Positions 1 through 9,341 of a stretch of 64,000 nt of DNA are shown here, one piece after another. Both the position numbers and the translations under genes were made by a program. Numbering within the stretch: position 1 is the stretch's first letter; each line of letters opens with the position of its first letter. Under the pieces are notes generated by a model. That model did not search any database, had not been told where the DNA came from, and was given only the letters and a program-made list of their open reading frames with translations. The DNA comes from an uncultured bacterium (GTDB taxonomy: Bacteria > Planctomycetota > SZUA-567 > JAKLDR01), in contig CBDUSI010000005.1 of the NCBI GenBank assembly GCA_965370045.1, forward strand, positions 4,984-68,983. Direction: 5' to 3'.

Positions 1-3000
1 GCGCTTCCCGCAGGCCTTGCCGAATTCGCCGCCGCCGCTGCTGGCCTCCTGGGCGGCCATTCCCAGAATGGCGCTGATCCAGGGCAGGCGAACCTGCCGG
101 CCGACCATGGCCAGACCCTCGGGAACAGGAGCGAAGTGCCGGCGACGGCCCCAGTTCCAGGGCTTCGGCCGCAGCTGCTGACGAGCCCTGCCCTGCCCCG
201 CGCGGGACAGACCGTCGAACATCCGCCCGGCGGCGTGGTCAACCTTGCCAGCCTCCACCAGGAGCATGGCCAGCTGGCGGTACTCGTGTACGTTGGCGCT
301 GTAGCCCTGGGAGGCGCGCAGTTCGAGGATCGCGCCGCGAATCCGCGCGGAGTCCTCCAGGCGGCGGCGCTCCCTGGCCTTCTGGGCCAGCCGGCTCAGC
401 CGCCACTGGTCGCGCCAGTAGCGCGAGGGGTCGCGGATGATGCGCACCAGCTCGTCGACGGCGGCCTTGCTGAGCTCCGCGTCGCCAGCGTCCCAGGCCA
501 CGCGCAGGGCCAGGCGGACCACCTCGTCACGCATCGGCTTCTTGGCCTTGAACAGCTTCTTGAGCTCTCCCTGCAGGAACTTCCCCTGGTTGGCGCGGTG
601 GGCCATGTCCAGAATCTGCTCCACTGTGCGCACGCCCCGGCCGCCGTGCCGCCCCTGTACCAGCGAGTCCAGGGCCAGCTCCAGGGCGTCCTTGCCCTTG
701 CCGGACAGCGCGAAGGCCGAGACCATCTGCACCTCGTAGTCCGTGCGCCGGCCGGTTATCTCCGCCGCCTGGGCCAGCATGCGGGCCGCGCCCGCGTAGC
801 GTTTCACGAGCATCAACTCGCGGGCGTAGCGCTCCATGACCAGCGGGTCCTTGGGGCCGACCTCCAGGCCCTTCTTCATATAGGGATCGCCGTCCTTCTT
901 GAGCCCCAGGAGCAGGTAGACCTTGTAGACGTTTAGCGCCGCCTGGTAGTCCTCGGAATTGCGGGCCAGGACGCGCTTCCAGCGATCAACCTCCTTGTGC
1001 AGCCGGTCGCGGCGCCGGGTGTCGGCCTGGCTCTTGGAGTTCTTCATCTTTATGGCCGCGTCGGCTTGCTGGTCCTGGTAGCGGTAGAGCCTGTTCTTGG
1101 CGCCCCAGCCGCGCACCTTGGCAATCAGTTTCTTGACGTCCTCCGGCCGGGCCCGCTGCCAGTAGAACTGGAGCACGAACTGGGCGACGGCCTCGCGCTC
1201 CAGGCCCTCGATCTTTTCCATGCGGGCGTCGGCGTACTTGAGGAACTCGGCGTCCTTGTCGTGCTTCTTCAGGAACGCCGGGAAACGCCCGTCGATGCTC
1301 GGCAGCGAGTAGCTGTAACGCTTGCCCTGGCGCTTGCGCAGATCGACGGCGTGATAGCGCGCGATCACATCGACGTAGGCCATGTGCTCCTTGAGGGCCG
1401 CGGACTTGTCCTCCGCGGACTTGCGGTCCAGCAGTTCGGCGGCCTTGAGGCGCAGGAAGCCCGCGTCGCGGACCTTGCAGGCCTTGTGCATGAAGTCCAC
1501 CGCGCCGGCGTAGTCGCCGCGGCGGGCGTGCAGCTCGGCCAGGTTGCCCAGCATACTGCCGAAGTAGCTGTAGTAGGGCCGGTTCTCCGCGAAGTCCCGG
1601 TAGAGGCCCAGCGCCGCCTCCTCGGCCTCGGCCAGCCCCGCGGGAGTGCGCAGCCCGAGGCCCACGCGGTTGCCGTCGAAGAGGTACCGGCCCAGGTAGT
1701 AGAGCACGTTGGGCCCGGCGCTGCTCTTGTTACGGCGCAGCCGGTCGGCCTGGCGGACCACCGCCACGGCCTCCTTGACGCGGCCCTCGCGGACCAGCCA
1801 GCGGGTCAGCGTCTGGTAGGACTGGCGGCGCGCCCAGTACTCCCCGCCCAGGTCTACCATCCGGCGGGCGATCTTGACGCGCTCCCCACCCGTGCGCGCG
1901 ATGCCCATCAGGCTGTTCAGGGCCTGCTGGCGATGGCTCCTCTTGAGGCCCGCGTCGTCCGCCGCGGCCCAGAGCACCGGGCGGGCGGCCTCGCGACGAC
2001 CCAGGTAGCCGGTCAGGAACAGGCCCGCACCCAGGCGGCGCACGCCCTTGGTCTCGGCCAGCTTCCCGGCGGCGTTGAGCGCGGCGTACTCCCCGCAGTA
2101 CGAGCGGAAGCTGCTCAGCCAGTTGTTCACCTGCCAGGGGTCGGCCACCGCGGCGAAGCGGTTCTGCATGAACTCCAGGGCACGCTCCGGTTTGCCGGCC
2201 CGGCAGCTGAGGCTGACCATCGAGCTCCAGTAGCGGTACTCGTTGTAGACCCGGTAGTACTTCTGGCGCTTGACCAGCGGCAGTATTCGTCCGTAGACCT
2301 CGACGGCCTGCATCAGCCTGCCGGCGGACTCCAGCGTCCCCGCCAGGTTGCGATGGGCGTTGATCTGGCTGGGATAGTCCTTGACAGTCTCGCGGTGGAG
2401 CGCGAGCAGGGCGGCTTTGTCATCCAGGATGGCCGCCAGGCGGCCCACTGCCTTGGAACGCTCGCCGTAGTTCCCGCTGCGCTTGATGAACTCACGCCAG
2501 AGCTTCTCGCGCTCCGGCGCCTTGCCCAGCCGGGTGTAGGCCCGGTGGAGCACCTCGCCGGCGCCGAAGTTGGAGTTCCACTCGTGGGCGAAGAGCCAGG
2601 GACGCAGAGTGACGACCGCCTTCTCCGGCTTCGAGTCGGCCAGCAGCACCCCGGCGAGCGCGACCGCCGCGCGCTGCTTCTCGGGCGTCCCGGCCCCGGT
2701 GTCCAGCAGCTTCTTCCAGGCGCGGGCGGCCTCGGCCAGCAGCCTGGCGGGCCTCTTCGAGGGGCTCATGGCCACCCGGCTGAGGCGCCCGGCGATATCC
2801 GCGCGGCGCTTCCAGTCGGTCTCTTTCTTGAAAAGCCCGGCCCAGAACTTGACCGCCCGGTCGGGCGCGCCGCGCGCGACCATCACCCGCGCCGCCCGGT
2901 CGGCGGCTTTCACTCGATCCGACCAGTCGTCGAGCTTGCCTACGGCAACCAGCCAGGCGTTCTCGGCGCCGGCCAGGGTGTTCATCTGGCGATGCACGGC

Positions 3001-3471
3001 GGCCAGCTGGAGCGCGGAGTCGAGTACTTCCTTGCGCTCTTCCGTCCCGTCGAGCAGCTGCTTCCAGGAAGCCGCCGCCCGCTTGAGCAGATCGCAGGAG
3101 GTCAGCGCCCGGGCTTCGGCGGCGCGGAAGGCCTTGGCCTTCGGATCCATGTCCGCGGCGCGGCCGTAGGCGGCGGCGGCCTCCCTGATGCGCCGGCGGG
3201 AGAGCAGCAGCTGCCCGTAGCGCGCGTGGTAGCCGGGGACCTTCTTGTCGACCTCGATGGCCCGTTCGACGGCGCGCATGGCCGAGAAGGGCCGGCCGAC
3301 CCTCTCGAAGTAGAAGGACAGCGAGAAGAGGACGTTGGCGTCCTCCGCCTCGGTGCGCAGCTGGCGCTGGGCCTCGGCCAGGCTGATCTGGCCCGCGGAC
3401 GCGGCCAAAGCAGGCGCGAGCAGCAGGGCCAGAAGCAGGAAGCTCCGGAGAATCTTGCGGGCAGCAGTCAT
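1..3471 (-). CDS. Large secreted TPR-like alpha-helical repeat protein (C-terminus lies beyond the window edge; at least 1156 aa visible)
   Basis: Absent from the supplied ORF track because it has no in-window stop. ATG at 3469-3471 (minus) lies 9 nt after the upstream gene's stop and is preceded by AGGAGA. I read this frame codon by codon down to nt 1 and found no stop. The N-terminus MTAARKILRSFLLLALLLAPALAASAGQ looks like a signal peptide. The body is Ala/Leu/Arg/Tyr-rich helical-hairpin repeats (e.g. AELHARRGDYAGAVDFMHKACKV, YQAALNVYKVYLLLGLKKDGDPYMKKGLEV). Plus-strand ORFs 136..936 and 997..3576 are its shadows. Confidence 0.75.
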   Translation of the reverse strand, partial: MTAARKILRSFLLLALLLAPALAASAGQISLAEAQRQLRTEAEDANVLFSLSFYFERVGRPFSAMRAVERAIEVDKKVPGYHARYGQLLLSRRRIREAAAAYGRAADMDPKAKAFRAAEARALTSCDLLKRAAASWKQLLDGTEERKEVLDSALQLAAVHRQMNTLAGAENAWLVAVGKLDDWSDRVKAADRAARVMVARGAPDRAVKFWAGLFKKETDWKRRADIAGRLSRVAMSPSKRPARLLAEAARAWKKLLDTGAGTPEKQRAAVALAGVLLADSKPEKAVVTLRPWLFAHEWNSNFGAGEVLHRAYTRLGKAPEREKLWREFIKRSGNYGERSKAVGRLAAILDDKAALLALHRETVKDYPSQINAHRNLAGTLESAGRLMQAVEVYGRILPLVKRQKYYRVYNEYRYWSSMVSLSCRAGKPERALEFMQNRFAAVADPWQVNNWLSSFRSYCGEYAALNAAGKLAETKGVRRLGAGLFLTGYLGRREAARPVLWAAADDAGLKRSHRQQALNSLMGIARTGGERVKIARRMVDLGGEYWARRQSYQTLTRWLVREGRVKEAVAVVRQADRLRRNKSSAGPNVLYYLGRYLFDGNRVGLGLRTPAGLAEAEEAALGLYRDFAENRPYYSYFGSMLGNLAELHARRGDYAGAVDFMHKACKVRDAGFLRLKAAELLDRKSAEDKSAALKEHMAYVDVIARYHAVDLRKRQGKRYSYSLPSIDGRFPAFLKKHDKDAEFLKYADARMEKIEGLEREAVAQFVLQFYWQRARPEDVKKLIAKVRGWGAKNRLYRYQDQQADAAIKMKNSKSQADTRRRDRLHKEVDRWKRVLARNSEDYQAALNVYKVYLLLGLKKDGDPYMKKGLEVGPKDPLVMERYARELMLVKRYAGAARMLAQAAEITGRRTDYEVQMVSAFALSGKGKDALELALDSLVQGRHGGRGVRTVEQILDMAHRANQGKFLQGELKKLFKAKKPMRDEVVRLALRVAWDAGDAELSKAAVDELVRIIRDPSRYWRDQWRLSRLAQKARERRRLEDSARIRGAILELRASQGYSANVHEYRQLAMLLVEAGKVDHAAGRMFDGLSRAGQGRARQQLRPKPWNWGRRRHFAPVPEGLAMVGRQVRLPWISAILGMAAQEASSGGGEFGKACGKR

Positions 3472-3480
3472 TTTCGTCTC

Positions 3481-4791
3481 CTAGCGGCGTTTCACGTGGA
3501 CGGGGCGGGAACCCTTGCCGTGCACCGGCAAGGTCACCACGCCTGGTTCGAGACCTTTCAGCAGATTGGTCGCTGAGCTGCGGACCTCATCGTCGGACGA
3601 CTTCGTGAGTTTCTGGAGAAACGGCCTGGCCAGGTCGCCGGCCGCGGAGAAACGCTTGCGAGCGGCCTCCCTGACTTTGAACTCCTCCGAGGCCAGGTCC
3701 TTGGCCCACTTCTTCATGGTCTCCTCAATCGCCGGAAGCCAGTTGAGCCGCGCGTCCTCTCCGGGTAGCGTGTCGAAGACGACGCCAGCGCGAACCAGTT
3801 CGTCGGGCTTGGGCGTTACCTTCAGCGGGAATATCGCGTCGTAGGTCTTGCTCGGAACGCGCGCGGCGACCAGAAAGCCGGTCTTCCCCAGCAAATCCGG
3901 GCGCCAGGTCTCGACGATGGCCGCGGCCTCCTCCCCGGTCAGGCCGAAAGCGCGCCACTGCGCGCGGCAGGCGGCCAGCAGCTTCTTCGCGTCGCCCCCG
4001 GCCTTGAGCACGTCCTTCCTGGCCAGCGTTACCGTCGCCCCGGCGGCGACGTTCTTGATCGCCACGAAATTCCGCGTCTTCCCGTCGTTGACGATCACGA
4101 TCACCGGCCCACTGGCGGTCTTCTGCGCGTTCTTGAGGGTAATGGCCTCGGCGCTGACCTTGCCCTCCAACGGCGGCTTCTGGATGGCGGTGGCCTCATA
4201 AAACAAGAAACGCTCACTCCCGCCGGCCGTCCTGATCCACTTGCCGGGCACCGCCCGGACCGTGCTCCACCAGTGGCTCTTTCCAACCTTCCTCGCGTCG
4301 GCGGGCCGCTTGGCCGTTAATCTGCCTTTCCACTTCATGCCCACCGCGTCGGTGACGCCCGCCCCCATGGACCAGAAAGTCTCCGTGACCAGCTCCGGCT
4401 TGGGCCAATAGACCAGCGGCCGGCCCCTGAATGTGAGCACCTGGACCGAGACCTCCAGGCCCTCCCTGCCGTAGAGATGCAGGACCGGCTTGCGCCACGA
4501 GCGGAACTCATCCTTCTTGGGCGTGAACTCCTTATCGTGGCGGAGGACGAATGCGGGCAGGCCGGCGACCAACTCGTCGGGTACGGTCAACAGGCTCTTG
4601 GGCTTGGCTTTTCCCTTCGGATCGCGCCACGGAACGTTGCTCTTGATGATCGCCATGCGGCGGATGTAGACGCCCCATTCATGGACCACGAACTTCTCCG
4701 GGGCCTTCTCCGCGCCCTCGCCGCCGGAAGCGACCAGCGGAAGCAGCGCGGCCAGTCCCGCCAGCGCCAGAATTCCCCGGGAACTCGTCAC
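3481..4791 (-). CDS. Secreted protein of unknown function with a C-terminal HEAT-like repeat
   Basis: GTG start with GGGAGAG upstream. Signal-peptide-like N-terminus MTSSRGILALAGLAALLPLVASGG. The C-terminal KVREAARKRFSAAGDLARPFLQKLTKSSDDEVRSSATNLLKGL resembles a HEAT/PBS-lyase repeat. No catalytic motif recognised. Confidence 0.6.
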   Translation of the reverse strand: MTSSRGILALAGLAALLPLVASGGEGAEKAPEKFVVHEWGVYIRRMAIIKSNVPWRDPKGKAKPKSLLTVPDELVAGLPAFVLRHDKEFTPKKDEFRSWRKPVLHLYGREGLEVSVQVLTFRGRPLVYWPKPELVTETFWSMGAGVTDAVGMKWKGRLTAKRPADARKVGKSHWWSTVRAVPGKWIRTAGGSERFLFYEATAIQKPPLEGKVSAEAITLKNAQKTASGPVIVIVNDGKTRNFVAIKNVAAGATVTLARKDVLKAGGDAKKLLAACRAQWRAFGLTGEEAAAIVETWRPDLLGKTGFLVAARVPSKTYDAIFPLKVTPKPDELVRAGVVFDTLPGEDARLNWLPAIEETMKKWAKDLASEEFKVREAARKRFSAAGDLARPFLQKLTKSSDDEVRSSATNLLKGLEPGVVTLPVHGKGSRPVHVKRR

Positions 4792-4880
4792 TCTCGTCTC
4801 TCCCTATGAAACGGCCGCGGGCGGGGACCCTCACGGGCCCCCGCCCCGGCATCACGCGTGGGTTTCTCTGCCCTGGCGTC

Positions 4881-7800
4881 TCACCGCACCAGGTTCGAGG
4901 CGTTCACGGGGCTGCTCTGATGGCGCAGGTCCTTGCTCCGCGGGTTCGAGTCCAGGTCGCGAATCGCCCAGTCCTTGGGAATCGTAACCTTGAAGGACCC
5001 GGCCTTCGGCTTGTAGTTGATCTTGAGATCGGTCACGCGCACGGTGCGCGTCTGGCCGGCGGCGGCGGCCTTGATAACCGTCAGCTTCCGGGCCATCTCC
5101 TCGGCCTTGGTCTTGCTGCCCGCGGCGCGCAGCTTGGCGATGGTCTTCTCGTAGCGCTTGACCATCTCGGGATTCGCCCTGCGCCCGCCGTCCTTGCTGT
5201 GGTAGGTCACCTTGAAGACGGTGGGCACCTTGACCCCGCCGACCTCCTTGACCTCGCCGCACTCCACCGTGCGGGTCAGGCGCGAGTAGCGGCCCCCGCG
5301 GCGCCAGGTGTTCTCGTAGACCTCTATCTTGGTCACCGGGCCCTTCTCGGAGCTCAGGTGGATCAGGATCCTGTTGTTGCTGTTGCCGCGGCGGGCCAGG
5401 CGCAGGACCAGGCCGTCATCGCCCTTCTTCTCGACGGTGATGTACCATCTGCGGTCCAGCTTCTGGGCCCAGGGGAAGATGTAGGCGGGGAGCAGCCCGC
5501 CCAGGGCCTTGACGTCCCCGGCGGTGACCCGGCGCCTGGCGGCGTACTTGAGCAGCGGGTAGAATTGCACGCGCACCTTGCCGTCGGATATATCGTAATG
5601 GTCGTCGCCGACCTTGCGGCTGAAGAAGCGCCTAGTCTCGGTGTCCAGAGCCAGTTCCCAGGCGCGGCCCTCAAGCTTCTCCGTGCCCTCCTTGTCGAGC
5701 GTGTAGGAACTCACCTTCAGGGACAGGCTCTTGTAGCGCCCGGCCAGGTTCCGGAGTATCTTCATGGCCTCGGCGGAGCTGTGCTTGTGGCGGTAGGGCA
5801 GCGCGCCCAGCTCGTTGATGCGGAAGACCGGGAAGATGTCCCTGCGCGCCCAGGCCAGCACGTCAGTATCGAAACCCTCGCCGGACCGGAGGCGGCTCTT
5901 GCGCTCCTCTGCTCTGCCACCCCCTGCTGCCTTTCCTTTGGTGCCGTAGTGGCCAGGCGCCTTCTTGGCCGCTTCCGCAGCCGCGCGCGGCGCCGCCGGC
6001 CTCTTCGTGGCCGGCGCGTTGCTCCTGGCCAGCTGTTCGACGCTTTTCGACTGCTTCTTGAGCTTGCCGGACTGAAGAGCCTTGTCGCTGCGGCGGCCGC
6101 GGTCGCCGGGCTTGCCGGGGCCTCTCTTGGCGTCCGCCATGACTCCCTGCTCCATCTCGGACTTCGTCCAGGCGCCGGCGCCGCCCAGCGGGATGTCGCC
6201 GATGGCCTCGTCGTCCTTGCCGTTGAACTCGTCGTTGCGGCGTTCGATGCCGAAGCGCTCGTAGTCCTCGGCGGTCTCCAGAACGATGAAGCTGGTGTAG
6301 TGGCTCATCACCCGGTAGCGCTTGGACGTCCGGATCACCGTCTGGACCAGTTTCGCGGACGCATCGCCGTCGGCCAGCGCGGCCACGTCCTGAAGGTGAC
6401 CTATCTTCTCGTTGGCCCACAGCTTGGCGACGAAGCAGTTGGACTTCTCGCCCTGGAAGTCGACCTTGAACTCCCTGGTGTAGGGCTTGTCCTTGTAGCT
6501 GGCGGTCAGGCGCACCTTGGCCTTGCCCTGGCGCAGGTACTTCCCGAAGGCAAACAACTGCCGCCCGGCGCTGACGTTGGGGAACCACACGGGATAGATC
6601 TCGTCGGTCTCGGTGCCCACGAACTCCATGCGTACGCCGGTGTAAAGCGGCCAGGCGTAGTCGTCCATCAGCTCGCCGACGCTGGCGGCCACGTCGTCGG
6701 CGGAGGCCAGCGGCCGCACGGTACCATCGAACCTGCGGGCCAGCTCGGCCAAGAGGGCCGCGTCCTGCACGTCACCGATTGACAGGCAGTGCACGCGCAC
6801 CTCGCAGCCCTTGAGAGACTTTTCGGCGTCGGCCACCAGCCGCGCGGTCCGGGTGCTGGTCAGGCTGGAAAGCCCGCTGCCCACGTAGACCACCTGGGCG
6901 AGCGCCTCCGTGCCGGCCAGGGTCGCCGCGGCCTGCCAGGCGGTCGACAGGTCGCTGGCGCCCATGGCCTCCAGGCCGTCCATCCACTTGCCGGCCGCGG
7001 CCACGTTCCCCGCGCTGGCCCGCACCATGGTGGGCTTGAAGGCCTGGGCGAAAGTATCGTAAGCCACGATGCCGAACTCGTCGCCGGCCTTAAGCAGCGA
7101 GAGCGCGTGCCTGGTGGCCTTCTTGGCCAGCGCCAGGTGCCGGTCGCCCAGTCCGCCGGACTTGTCGAGAACGAAGACGAAGCGGCTGGCGGCGGGCTTC
7201 TCGCTGTCGGCCTCCTGCAGCTCCGGCGAGAAGATCATCAGGAAGTAACCCTCGCCGTCGCGGTCGTGCCAGTAGGGCACCACCACCAGTTCGCCCTCGC
7301 CCTTGACCACCTGGTAGTCGAGGGTGAAGTCCCTGGCAGGCGCGATCTTCTCCGCGGAGTAGTTGACGGTTATGGCATTGTCCCCGGCCTTGACCTCGGC
7401 GTCTTTGTAGCCGGGTACCGCGGAGGCCACGATCGTGGGGGTGGAGGCCACGCTGAGCTTGACCTCGATTTTGCCCACCGGGTGGGTCTGGAGAGAATCG
7501 GAGACCAGCGGATAGGTGAAGCGGATGCGGCCGTGCTCGCGCTTGAGCACCTGGTAGTAGCTGATCAGCACGCGCTTCTCGCTCTTGGCCTCGATGGGGA
7601 AGACGCGCATCTTGAACATGTTCCCGCCGGCCCACTCCAGGAGCGCCGGGTCCCTGCGCTGGACCAGCAGGGCCTCGAAGGTCCGCCGGGCGCGCTGGGT
7701 CTCGGCGATCTCACCCTCCATCAGCCGGTCGCCGACGTACATCGCCAGCCGGCTGATGGTCGCCCCCGCGGGCAGCGGGAAGTAGAAGGTACCCTCCAGC

Positions 7801-8690
7801 CGCTGCTTGGTGTCGTTGTAGAAGACCTGGTCCACTTCGATCAGCGCGATCTGCTCCTTTATAGTCACGTTCACGCTGTGCCTGCGAACCTCCAGGGGCT
7901 TGCCCACGCTGCCGTCCCGCAGGCGGGGGACCAGCGCTCCCGAGGTCCAGCTGTCCTTGGCCTTGCTCGCGACCGCCATGGGGCCCGTCTTGACCGTCTC
8001 ACCGGCCCCGGCCAGCTGCTCGAAGCCGGCCGTGTCGCGGACCAGCACCTCGCCGCTGATCACGACGACAGTCATCATCAATGCGCTTAGAGTTCTTCGA
8101 TTCACCTCAGTATCTCCTTCATCTGCCTTCGCGTCCGCACCACCTTCGAGTCTCACGGTAAACCTGGTCCCCAGGGCGATGGCTTCGCCCACCGGGGTCT
8201 TTACCTTAAACTGGCCCTTGCCCTTCGCCACCTCGCAGGTGACCTCGCCCCTCCGCAACTCGACCAGCGGGCGGTTGCGGTCGGGCCACGACGTGACCTT
8301 CACCTTGCTGCCGCCGGCCACCTCTAAAATGCTGCCGTCGACGAGCTTCTCGGCGATGGTCCGGCCGACCGCGGGCTGCAAGTCCCTGACCATCACGCGG
8401 CTGGGGCGCGGAGGCGTGGGCTGATTCTTCCCAATGACCTTCCCGTCCCGCGGCTGCCAGTTAACGGCCAGCAGCAGCGCCGCTGCCGCCGCCGCCGCGG
8501 CTGCGAAGACGCCGGTCCAGAGCACGCGGCGCGAGCGGCGGGGCTTGACCTCCGCCCCGGCCTTCAGGCGCGCGGCCACCCGGGCGAAGATTTCGCCCTG
8601 GGCCTCGGGCCGGGGGTCTTCCGGCCGGGGCGCGCGCTTGAGCAGCTTCTCGATGTTGCGATCCAGGTTGCGTTCCCGTTCGTCGCTCAT
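4881..8690 (-). CDS. Giant membrane-spanning anti-sigma factor: N-terminal anti-sigma segment, TM helix, FecR domain, VIT domain, vWA domain, long C-terminal extension
   Basis: ATG overlaps the sigma gene stop (ATGA at 8687-8690). TM helix VLWTGVFAAAAAAAAALLLAV. FecR-like GEVTCEVAKGKGQFKVKTPVGEAIALGTRFTV. VIT-like LEVRRHSVNVTIKEQIALIEVDQVFYNDTKQRLEGTFYFPLPAGATISRLAMYVGDRLMEGEI. vWA-like FVFVLDKSGGLGDRHLALAKKATRHALSLLKAGDEFGIVAYDT. About 500 further residues follow: a K/A/G/R-rich linker plus a beta-rich domain. Confidence 0.7.
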   Translation of the reverse strand: MSDERERNLDRNIEKLLKRAPRPEDPRPEAQGEIFARVAARLKAGAEVKPRRSRRVLWTGVFAAAAAAAAALLLAVNWQPRDGKVIGKNQPTPPRPSRVMVRDLQPAVGRTIAEKLVDGSILEVAGGSKVKVTSWPDRNRPLVELRRGEVTCEVAKGKGQFKVKTPVGEAIALGTRFTVRLEGGADAKADEGDTEVNRRTLSALMMTVVVISGEVLVRDTAGFEQLAGAGETVKTGPMAVASKAKDSWTSGALVPRLRDGSVGKPLEVRRHSVNVTIKEQIALIEVDQVFYNDTKQRLEGTFYFPLPAGATISRLAMYVGDRLMEGEIAETQRARRTFEALLVQRRDPALLEWAGGNMFKMRVFPIEAKSEKRVLISYYQVLKREHGRIRFTYPLVSDSLQTHPVGKIEVKLSVASTPTIVASAVPGYKDAEVKAGDNAITVNYSAEKIAPARDFTLDYQVVKGEGELVVVPYWHDRDGEGYFLMIFSPELQEADSEKPAASRFVFVLDKSGGLGDRHLALAKKATRHALSLLKAGDEFGIVAYDTFAQAFKPTMVRASAGNVAAAGKWMDGLEAMGASDLSTAWQAAATLAGTEALAQVVYVGSGLSSLTSTRTARLVADAEKSLKGCEVRVHCLSIGDVQDAALLAELARRFDGTVRPLASADDVAASVGELMDDYAWPLYTGVRMEFVGTETDEIYPVWFPNVSAGRQLFAFGKYLRQGKAKVRLTASYKDKPYTREFKVDFQGEKSNCFVAKLWANEKIGHLQDVAALADGDASAKLVQTVIRTSKRYRVMSHYTSFIVLETAEDYERFGIERRNDEFNGKDDEAIGDIPLGGAGAWTKSEMEQGVMADAKRGPGKPGDRGRRSDKALQSGKLKKQSKSVEQLARSNAPATKRPAAPRAAAEAAKKAPGHYGTKGKAAGGGRAEERKSRLRSGEGFDTDVLAWARRDIFPVFRINELGALPYRHKHSSAEAMKILRNLAGRYKSLSLKVSSYTLDKEGTEKLEGRAWELALDTETRRFFSRKVGDDHYDISDGKVRVQFYPLLKYAARRRVTAGDVKALGGLLPAYIFPWAQKLDRRWYITVEKKGDDGLVLRLARRGNSNNRILIHLSSEKGPVTKIEVYENTWRRGGRYSRLTRTVECGEVKEVGGVKVPTVFKVTYHSKDGGRRANPEMVKRYEKTIAKLRAAGSKTKAEEMARKLTVIKAAAAGQTRTVRVTDLKINYKPKAGSFKVTIPKDWAIRDLDSNPRSKDLRHQSSPVNASNLVR

Positions 8691-9319
8691 GACTTTGCCC
8701 TCATGGTCTCGAAGTTCATGTTCTCCGCCGCCAGCTTGAAGGCGTCGCGGAAGGCGTTCCTGGCGCGGAAAAGCCGCGCCTCGGCGGCCTTGGGCGTGGC
8801 TCCAAGTTGCTCAGCCACCTCCTTGACCTGGCGTTCCTCCATGTAGCGCAGGCGCAGGACCTGCTCGTACTTGGGGGGGAGTTCGGAAAGCACCAGCTCG
8901 ACCACCTCCGCCATCTCCGTGCGCTCCAGTTCCTGGTCGGGAAGCTCGGTGTGCTCCAAGTCGAAGAGGCGCTTGGTGAACTCCTCGTCGAAGCGACTGA
9001 AGACCAGCTCCACCACCGGCTTGCGATTGTTCCTGCGGTAGAAGTCCAGCACGCGGTGCCGGGCAATCCCCAAAAGCCAGGCCCCCGGAGCGCGCCGGGT
9101 GTCGAAGTTCTTGATGTCGCGAAATGCCTGGAAGAACACGTCTCCGACGATCTCCTCAGCCTCCGAGTGGTTCCCGTCTACTCGACAGAGCACGTATCTG
9201 TAGACTCCCGCGAAGTGCTCGTCGTAGAATTGCCGCATGGCTTCTTCGTCACCCCTCTTGACCGCAGCAACCAGCTCACTCCGCAATTGCCCCCAGTCGG
9301 CCTCGTCACTTGTCTGCAT
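8687..9319 (-). CDS. ECF-type RNA polymerase sigma factor (sigma-70 regions 2 and 4)
   Basis: Region 2: FYDEHFAGVYRYVLCRV...EAEEIVGDVFFQAFRDIKNFD...WLLGIARHRVLDFYRR. Region 4: LPPKYEQVLRLRYMEERQVKEVAEQLGATPKAAEARLFRARNAFRD. Its stop overlaps the start of the downstream anti-sigma gene. Confidence 0.9.
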   Translation of the reverse strand: MQTSDEADWGQLRSELVAAVKRGDEEAMRQFYDEHFAGVYRYVLCRVDGNHSEAEEIVGDVFFQAFRDIKNFDTRRAPGAWLLGIARHRVLDFYRRNNRKPVVELVFSRFDEEFTKRLFDLEHTELPDQELERTEMAEVVELVLSELPPKYEQVLRLRYMEERQVKEVAEQLGATPKAAEARLFRARNAFRDAFKLAAENMNFETMRAKS

Positions 9320-9341
9320 TCCTACCCCCTTCTGCGTGGGT

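Noticed and set aside
997-3576. Very long ORFs on the strand opposite to recognised genes. Examples: 997..3576 +, 4806..6782 +, 10288..12285 +, 20582..22555 -, 36228..38006 +, 50003..53071 +, 57336..59510 -, 59565..61727 -, 61657..63420 -.
   Set aside because: Their translations are Arg/Gly/Ala/Leu/His/Pro-rich with no domain motifs. They completely overlap genes with clear family signatures on the other strand. This is the expected stop-codon-poor antisense frame of high-GC coding DNA.
4942-4955. tRNA-like T-arm sequence GGGTTCGAGTCC.
   Set aside because: It lies inside the anti-sigma CDS. The flanking bases do not complete a T-stem, and no acceptor or anticodon arms can be drawn. I found no convincing tRNA anywhere by eye, though a proper tRNAscan was not possible.
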